The notes below the pieces were generated by a model. That model was not told the origin of the DNA. It searched no databases and saw only the letters and a list, made by a program, of their open reading frames with translations. From Trypethelium eluteriae (Eukaryota): DNA of 44,321 nt. Location: NCBI GenBank assembly GCA_051942245.1, contig JAVECL010000144.1, positions 1 to 44,321 of the forward strand, read 5' to 3'. A program made the position numbers and the translations under genes. Every line of letters begins with the position of its first letter. Positions within the stretch are counted from its first letter, which is position 1. Positions 33,425-44,321 of the stretch are shown one piece after another.

Positions 33425-35322
33425 TAGTAGTCATTTTGTAGTCGAGTGCAGCAGCACAGAGCACAGAGCACAACGCGTGCTGTTATATCCAGTAAATAGT
33501 TACTGTACGTAGAAGTAAGTCCGGAACTGTCTCGCCTAACTACCACCTGCTCGGGACGAGAAAAAGCGACATGAAGTCAATAGCGTGTTGGTTGGCACTA
33601 ATGGAATAGATGGTAGCGTCATCCTCCACAGCAGCACTATTGAATTGTGAAACCTCGTCCCTTTTGGTGAGATTCAGGGCGTAGACAACTCCAAACAGTT
33701 CTGATCATCAGACTCCTTACCGTAGAAGTTCATCTGCCCATATCCTAATCTGTACAGCGGTTGCAGCCATCATCATCATCGTGCTGATCATCATCCGTGA
33801 GCCTCATCACGCTGATCGTCGCCCTTTACCTAGCCCAGCTTGGTTATCCGCCCCCAGGCTAAGCTTCTCCTCCCAAAAATGTTATCTGCACATCGCGACG
33901 GTGATCCAGCCCTCATGGCTGTCTGACCTCACAGGTCCACGTTTCGAGCTCTAAACACTCGCGCTCGGACCCAGCGTTTGTCTCTTCGCCCCTTCGCGCT
34001 CTCCACGTGCTGCTGAGACATCAACAGTGTTTTATGTAGGACCAGGACGATGGGGTAATAGAACTAGCGATAGTGGGGGCGACCCAACCGGCCTGGCCCT
34101 ACAACCAACCTGCACCCAAGAGTGAAGCGGACTCCAGTCTTGTGGACCGACAGTATCCGTCTGACATACATTGTTAGAAGTCTAAAGGCTATCCTAAGTC
34201 ATGGGCTTTGCGGGCCCTTCGCTAGGAAAGCATTGACACTGTTGTAAAAATGACGCCACGTGCTTGAGACCGTGGGCGTGGCCATGGCGGCTTGGGAGAA
34301 GTTTGGCGATGTGACGAGCGTAAGCTAGTACCTGAACTTAGCAAGGTTGAGCTTAGGGCGGGATAGGCGGATACAGGCGAGAGTGTTTGGTGCGCAGTTT
34401 CAGCACCCGAGAAGAGGGATAATGTGAAGAGTCCCTGATGTTTTGACGAAGCGAAGCTGATGCTCAAACACTTTGGAGTTCCTGAGACTGGATATTCTTT
34501 GTTTTGGTCAGGGTTGAGAAGCTGCTAGAGGAATTTTACGGTGTCTCAGATGCTTTTGGTTGGAGGCATTGGAAGATGGAGTCTTGTGACGAGGATTTTT
34601 GCTTTTGGTCTTCCGGCATCAGTACGTTCTAGGCGGGATGCAGATGGGGCTGCAAAAACAGCCACCAAATGTAATAAAGTAAACAAGAAGGAAAGAAAAA
34701 ATTCCATTACGGGAAGATAGGCAATATGAACTCAGATATGTGTTTGAAATTCTATGAATACATTCAGCCTGGGCAACTCGCCCTTGGCTTTATCCAGGTA
34801 TCTTATCCTATCCATCCTGCCAGCCAGCCTTACCAGACTTGAATCGCATCCCTATTGGATGTCTTAGGATGACAGGAGCCACCCTGTGTTAGGTAGCCAT
34901 TTTCCTCCCGTACGGACAGATTTCCAGAGATGTAAAGGCAAAAAGAAATGAATATACAAGGAGGACCTCACTCAGCCACCCAGACGTAGGAAATCGTAGA
35001 AGGTATTAGGAAGACATAGAGATGAATGGCAGAACACCAAGACATATGAAACGTCCACTCGTTTGAACTCGTAAACAAAAAAGCAGTCCGCCCACCCGAT
35101 CGAAAGGAACACCTTTGTGACTGTGAGGAAACAGGACATGCCCGAGACGTTGTGCGCCAAAACACGGCAACTCTAACGGAAGCATGGCGGCATGCATTTG
35201 TTTTTTTTTTTTCTGTGATCGTGGATAGAATTGCTTCAATATACGCTTATCCTGTTAGCGTAATGCAGCGATGCAGATGCAAGGCTTGTAAATGCAACAA
35301 AAGACGAAACAATCACAGGCGC

Positions 35323-37698
<2,376 letters not shown>

Positions 37699-38736
37699 GA
37701 CGCCGAGCGGGCAGGTGCTTTAAGACTCGTTGGCTGAGGCGATTCGAACGTCAAGTAGAGGAAACAAATTGAAGGGAAACACGAGAGTCGCAATGGCCGG
37801 GCTCGCGCGGGACCTGCCGGGTTTTGCAAGGACGAAAGTGTGAAGCACAAAGCACAAAGCGAGTGTAAGTCGCGGGAGCGACTGTTTGAGGGCGGATAGA
37901 AATGAGAAGCGTAAGGTGTCGAGGGCCTGCCTCTAAACAGTCTCGTCGACGAGTGGCGGGTGCAAGTGGAAGATGAGGTGAAGCAGAAAGTGATGCAACG
38001 GGGCAAAACGCTGGGCAAGGGCAGGAGCGGCAGTTTTAGAGTCTGAAGGCTGAGGCAGGTTTGAGCGTCCGTTAGAGCCGGAGCCTGGCAGAAGAGGGGA
38101 TGGATGGGGGACGTGGTGCGGGCGGGCGAGAGAACCTGAAACGAGTCTTGGAGAGCAGGGAAGGAGGGCGCTATGTATCAACGAAGCCAGCATCCATGAT
38201 CAATGATCGACCAGCCGGAGGAAGCTGCGACCACTCAAAGCACAGGCCGCACGCCCAGTCAGACTCAGCCGTGTCTGCGCCCGATTCGACTGCACTAAGA
38301 AGCTACCTGACCTGACTGGCCTGCTGGCCGACGGGACTAGGAAGGGACCCACTCGCTGCACCACCACCGACCACCACTGACCCGAGCAGGAGCAGGCACT
38401 CCAGGCCTGGCCTTTTTCTGGGCCGCCCCGAAAACTGAGACTCGGCGGAACTGCGCCAAAAAGCACCCGACTCATCCTCTTCCTCTCAGCGCAATGATTG
38501 ACTTGGCTACATGCTAACAATTCCGTACCGTAGAGCAACTGCTGCCCTTTTTTCTTTTCTCCACGCCGTCGAGCGAAATCCCATCAGGAGCTATATATAT
38601 AATGTACCCGAGCTGTGTACCTTATGTATGATGATTATTATTATCACCACCAGTCCAGCGTGGCCGAGCAGTAGCTTAGGTACGGTACGTTAGTGAGCGG
38701 AAATGGCGACGCATCTCCTCAGGGGATTCCCGCTCC

Positions 38737-38775
38737 CAGCAGCCAGCACCAGCAGCCAGCACCAGCAGCCAGCAG
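38737..38775. repeat. 13-bp tandem repeat (CCAGCAGCCAGCA)x3
   Basis: Read directly, in the STE12 upstream region. Confidence 0.8.
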
Positions 38776-41700
38776 TGCAGAGAAGCCCACCCCGGCCATG
38801 CGCCGACCGTTGGGCGCTTCCACATACTCTACTGGACCGAAGCGATGCCGGCCAGCAACAGCCATAGGCTCGCTCCATCGGGGTCCGTTGACGCTGGATG
38901 TTCTTCCATGTAGGCTCTATCACCACTCTCCCGTGCATATGCGTCACATTCTGCGTGATCGAGCGAGTTGCCCTCTCTCGCCTTTTCACTCACTCTCAAC
39001 ACGGCGACTGTATCAGCCCCAACAACCCGCCACATCCAGAACGCAGTGTGAAGTAAAATACCTAGTAACGACGTCTAGCGAAATACTTTTTGCGGAGCAT
39101 CTGGTGCCTTGATCAACCGCCGAGCTCCCAGATTCAGCACGCCTTCGACTCCGTCCGTTCGCTCATGGAGAAATGATTGCGCGAAGCGTATGCAGGTGTA
39201 AGTTGGATGACGGAGGTTGGCGACTCATGATGTCCACACACGACCCCCCAAGTCTCCGGGACGGAGCGCATCAATTAGATCAGCCCAGCGTACGAAGGGC
39301 ACGCGAGGAGGCTAGCATCATTTGGTTTAAGACTGTCGCTGTTGGTACACACACCATGGGTTGTACGGAGTACTGTACGGAGTACATATCGTGCAGCAAC
39401 AACACCGCCCTACGGCGGAAGTAGGGCGGACGGCAGCATGTCTTGCATGCGATCTTATGCTATCCAACTAGAATTGCGCTCCATGATGGCAACTGGGCAG
39501 GAGAAATACAACTCCACTTGCCGGTTTGAGGATTTCAATCGTGTGAATTGCGTCAAATGCCTTATCGGTGCGAGGCGCCGTCCTTACTGTAGTTACTGCT
39601 ATCAGTATGGCTCGTGTTTCTTTGATTAATCCGAGAGCCACTGCTCCACTGGCTAGACTTGCCTTCCCTTGGCGCCGCCATCGTGATAATAATAAATATT
39701 AGCACCCGGTGGGGGACAAGCCAGCCACACAAGCACCAAGAGTACGTAAAAGTCGTGAGTCCATGCAGCCACGACCAAAGTCTCCTGCAGGTACGAGCAG
39801 AGGCGGATACTCCATACCTCGTTTGATCGCCCTCTGAAACCCAGTGCAGACTCTAGAAGGGCTTAGGATGCTTCTGAAACCATCCATGCCTTTTGCTGTA
39901 GGCAACTCGGTGCGACCGGTCTCGTCAACGCCAACCAGGTCAGCACTGGCCCAGGGACCGACCTCTTCGCAAAGCCACCAGCCCAGACCGCCATCCCAAA
40001 TTGAAGAAACGTAGCCAAACAAATGCCGTTGTTCGACGATGCCGTCTTCGTAGGATCCTGTGCATGCTGCTTCGAAGGGGCCCTGGGAGCAATGCTTGGT
40101 GCCGCGGCAGAGAGAGCGTTACGCTCGGACGACAACGGTCCAATCATCGCAACCGGCTTGATTGAATTCTGCCATGCATGCATAAGTGGTGGTGGAGCAT
40201 ATGGTAGGCATCGAAGCATGCATCCCTAGCAAGGAATCGCATTCGCGACGCTTTTCACAGAATCCAATGATGACAATATCATCATCTTTCCTACAGGTCT
40301 CGGAGCATCATTGACGCGCGCGTTGAATTATGATCTTAATCACATCACGAGAGTCCGCCCGCCTATCAGGTATAAATGCCGGGATCCATAGATCGTGGCA
40401 TGGGTCGCAACAATCTTACCCTACTCTCTAGACTTTCTCTTACTGTTGGAAGGTGCCAAGCAGGTTTCTCATCACGATCCAGGCCGCGCACGTCTTGACT
40501 CCTGCGTAGTTCTTTTCTTTGGGTATCTTGAGCCTCAAGATTCGTAGCTGAAAAGCGTGAAACGTATTGCGGACAATAATAGTAATGCACCTTGTACGAG
40601 TTCAGAAGGTGGATGGCTAATCGGGACGACATTCGGTACTCGAGACCAAAGATTCTCCCGGCGCCAGCAGCGGCGATGAAGCCGCAAGCCAGTCCCAGCC
40701 GAAGGAGAAAGATGCTTTGCATGCACGAACAGAGCACAGTGCAAACGAAAAACCATGGTTTGGAGAGATCAAATAGAGCATCTGTGCGCCAGACTAAAAT
40801 TCGGCGATCGACTCCAAAGCGGCAGACGATCCGGGTCGCCCCTAAAACCTATAGTCTGATACATTATTAACTGCCGGCTACAGGCCTCACTTGGTCTGAA
40901 GCATTAATCCGAAACACCGGCTCTGCTCGCTAGCCTGCTTTCCACGTAGTGATCCTTTCTAGAGATGTCCCTGAATGCAATTTCCCATACGACTCCAAGA
41001 CGTCCTATCTCGACCCTAATCGACATTCGTACCAGAGCCACAATCGAGGACACGAGAGAGCCAGAAAAGTTTTCGGAGAGAAAGGTGTTTCTCGATCCTA
41101 CTATTTTAGTACTCTCCTTTGGCGGACGCTCTTCAACCTACCTACCTAAGTAAAACAATAGCTCCGTGCATCTGCCTTGTCTCTCCTTCCTCCGAGACTT
41201 TTGCATTCGATCGCAAACCATAGACCATCTCGCACCTCTGGGCACAACGATCAGCACTTTCCCAATCATGCATGCATTCTTTGTCACTGGGAAAGCCCTG
41301 CTGCTGTGACCATGCAACCCTGTGCACGTCACTACCGTACTATCTTGCGCATAACGGTCGTACCCGGTAAATCCCCGTGCATCGATCCAATGAAACCCAT
41401 GTCTGAAAAGGACGAACTCCAATTGAGTTTACTATCACCGTGTGATGGGTCCCATTTTGTGAACATGATCCTAAAACAACACATCCCAAAGTTAGAGATG
41501 AGCATTTTTGGAGATATGCCCGGAATCTCTTACATATATGCCCAACTCTATTAGAATCCCATGATAGAATGTCCAGGTATCATTCGTACGCGGCTATTCT
41601 TTCCCAAAAGCAGAGCATGACACGGCCAAACCTTCTAGAATCCCATGCCGTGACCCACATCTTGACTCGGTCAAAGCCAGAGCCAACTTCTCGAAACCCG

Positions 41701-41890
41701 CGAGCCGAAGGAGAAAATTTTCGTCGCCTCGTGCAACCTCGTGCGTGCTCCACAATGGTCTCGAAACAAACTCGTCGGGTGTGCAATGATTCAAGCACGC
41801 TAGCATTCCAAAACGATAGCTCTTCTTGACCCAGACGGCCCCCAGCCAGAATAACGACGCCCGACCACCGACTCGGATAATTTCTAGACG

Positions 41891-42804
41891 TCATCGTCGG
41901 AGCTTGCCATTGTTGTTCACTGTGCCTCTGGGCCCTCGAATGCTCGCCACGTCTCGTCTACTCAGGACGAGCGTGCCTCCACGGAAGGACCCTACACCAG
42001 GCGCTCCAATACCTCGCTCTCTCTTTCCTTCCATCTTCTTCTTCGCCTTCACAGCTTTCTCCAGGATGATGCCGTTTTCTTGAGCTTCCCTTCGGCGTTT
42101 CCCTTCGCGCGCCTGAGCCTTGGCGATAATGCCCTTGCGGTGCGCCATGGGCATTTTGTCCTGCTGCAGTGCGGGTTTCTTCGCACCGAGGGAGGCGAGC
42201 CGGAGATCGATAGCTTTGTGACGTCTGTGGCCGGAGAGATCAGAGCCTGATGAGGCTTCGAGAAGATGCGATTCCCTTAGAAGGCGTTGTAGTGCGAGGT
42301 CGTTTTTGAGGTTTGTAACCTCTGCTTCGTCGTCAGAGTCGGCTTCCGTGGACTTGGTCTTTGAAGAAGAGGAGTCCTTCTTTGCGTTGGATGGTGGCTT
42401 TGACGACTGAACGAGATCTACATCAATACATCGTAGGACCAAAGCGTCGTAGACATTACCATGAAAGCTTTCATGTCCTGCTTTAATAATTCATCTTCAT
42501 CGCTCTTCTCAGTGATCCCAGAATACTCAATCACCTGAATACGGCCCCTATCATCCTCTGATTCAAGTCCCCCCCATTCTGACTCGTCGTCTTGTTCTTC
42601 TCCCTCAGAAAACAGCTCGTTGCTTTCCTCATTAACAACACGGCGTTCCTCGAGCGGTTTAAATCGCGCCTCAAAAGCCCGTCGAAATACCGTTTGAATG
42701 TCCTCGTTTCCGCTCGAATACGTCTCTTCTACCTTCGTTGCGTCACCGGACTCTTGTTCCTGTACTTGAGTCCTGCGTTTCCTTTTCCCCAGCAATAACG
42801 CCAT
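41891..42804 (-). CDS. FAF1: Faf1-like pre-rRNA processing / 40S assembly factor, 286 aa, 2 exons
   Basis: Intron 42459-42407 joins two ORFs. FRRAFEARFKPL, NLKNDLALQRLLRESHLL, KMPMAHRKGI, RREAQENGIILE, KRERGIGAPGVGSFRGGTLVLS. Confidence 0.8.
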
Positions 42805-43917
42805 CAGACGTCGCTGCGAGTGTCACATCAAGCGCCGAAGAAAAAGTATTCGCCGCATAGGATGTTGGCGGGATGGCGGTGGCATTCTGCCGCTTCCTAA
42901 TTGGGAAAATCATCATTACACTCCCTCAAGTCATTATTACTGTACGGAGGTACTGAACTCACTCCCTTTCGTTACGAGTACCATACTACTCACCTGGACA
43001 GACTAGCGATATGATGTAATCTACAGAAATTAATTTACATAGGTGAGTGTCTCTCTCCGGTGTGAAGTCATCAATATTTCTACGATTCTATTCGTGTTGG
43101 CCTTCGCAGATTTTCTCTCAATAGCTGCCTAACCTAAACCATGTACCTCTGAGTCTTGTTCGAATAGTATCTTATCTCGATTCATCTCATGAGTTTGCGT
43201 CCTTACGAAGGCTCTTTTCAAGTCATGACTCTAGGGATAAGTAAATAATGCATGCATGTTATTCTCTCATTTCATGTCCACTTCTGAAAACGCTGGCTCA
43301 CGGACAGTTTACAATAAACTTCGTAGAATAGCCTACGCCAGGTATGAATCCGATATAAATGAAGATCGACTATTTCCTTGCTTTCTTAATTGATTGACCG
43401 TACCAATCTCGTTTCTCCACAACTTTCGGTCTCTAATTTTGGGTTAGTCTTCACGAGTCCAAAAGGTCCACCACCGACGTAAACTTTCCAACTTTTCAAT
43501 ATCACCGTGTACCTTCGGTTAAGTTTAAGTCGCCAAATAGCCGATTGAGCTCAAGATCAGAACTTCGCTTTGTCCGGCGGCACGGTTAATTCCACTGCTT
43601 TCAACTTGGCGTATCCTACGCTCCAACCGAGCATTCGCCGACGTAGAGTACGTCATCCCCACCACCTTTACACGTGGGACACATTTTGTCTCGAGCACAC
43701 GGGAGCATTAGATACCTAAGAAAAACAAAAGAGCTTGACGAATTCTAAGAATCCTTTCTGTCTAAGCGATCCGAGCCGTGCCCGAAAAAGTATTTCGACG
43801 GAAAAATCGAGAAGTGCGTCAGCAATTCCTCCACACTTACATAAACACCATAATTCTGTAACACAGCCGGACCGCAACGGAACGCATCGCATTACGCGCA
43901 GCAGCAGCCTCAACGCC

Positions 43918-44321
43918 ATGACCATCTTCCGCCCCTGCATCGATCTCCACGCCGGCCAGGTAAAGCAGATTGTCGGGAGCACCCTCCAAGCCGAACGCAT
44001 CCCAGCCACCACAAGCCATCCTCCTTCCCTCCCCACCACCTCGAGCCCCATCGCAACCACGAACACCGACCCTTCCACAGCTGCCAAGGATCCTTCTTCC
44101 CTTACCCATGCGCTTACTAACCCTCCTCCTGCCGCCTCCTCGGCCGACTCATCCCTCAAGGAGAACTATGTGTCCCATCTCCCGGCCTCGTACTATGCGC
44201 AGCTGTACCACGATGCCGAGCTACGGGGCGGCCATGTCATTAAACTCGGCCCGGGCAATGACGACGCCGCGAGGGAGGCGTTAGGGACCTGGCCCGGCGG
44301 GTTGCAGGTGGGAGGGGGGAT
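43918..44321 (+). CDS. HIS6: ProFAR isomerase (phosphoribosylformimino-AICAR isomerase), 5' part only
   Basis: [23 protein letters not shown]...[18 protein letters not shown]...[31 protein letters not shown]; the frame is open to the window end. Confidence 0.93.
   Translation, partial: MTIFRPCIDLHAGQVKQIVGSTLQAERIPATTSHPPSLPTTSSPIATTNTDPSTAAKDPSSLTHALTNPPPAASSADSSLKENYVSHLPASYYAQLYHDAELRGGHVIKLGPGNDDAAREALGTWPGGLQVGGG

Noticed and set aside
33425..35322. Structured ncRNA (telomerase RNA, RNase P/MRP, snRNA)
   Set aside because: I could not find the diagnostic template or conserved boxes by eye; an Rfam/Infernal scan would be needed to exclude it.

Overview
A 44.3-kb, gene-dense window from a filamentous ascomycete (Pezizomycotina-like: short GT-AG introns with CTRAY branch sites, Ste12 with C2H2 fingers). 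I reconstructed 14 protein-coding genes by splicing by eye. In order: NIPA-type Mg2+ transporter (partial), divergent CorA-like protein, WDR70/GAD-1, HIS3, RPC19, complex I subunit NDUFA6, BUD31, Sep1/Hcm1-type forkhead factor, an uncharacterised membrane protein, THO2, HEM1, an NAD(P)-binding oxidoreductase, STE12 and FAF1. A fifteenth, HIS6, runs off the window end. I found no tRNA, rRNA, CRISPR array or recognisable transposon ORF. Most of the window is ordinary housekeeping DNA. The most unusual structure is a non-coding array at about 17565-17992: seven copies of an 18-bp double-palindrome motif (TGC-NN-GCA-A-ATC-NN-GAT-A) at spacings of 73/53/53/53/43/73 bp, each close to a whole number of helical turns. 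Also notable are a 56-residue low-complexity segment in His6 carrying a full in-frame set of intron signals, the skippable 84-nt zinc-finger exon of STE12, and an N-terminally extended Rpc19. Gene identities come from my recognition of protein motifs; no database search was run.
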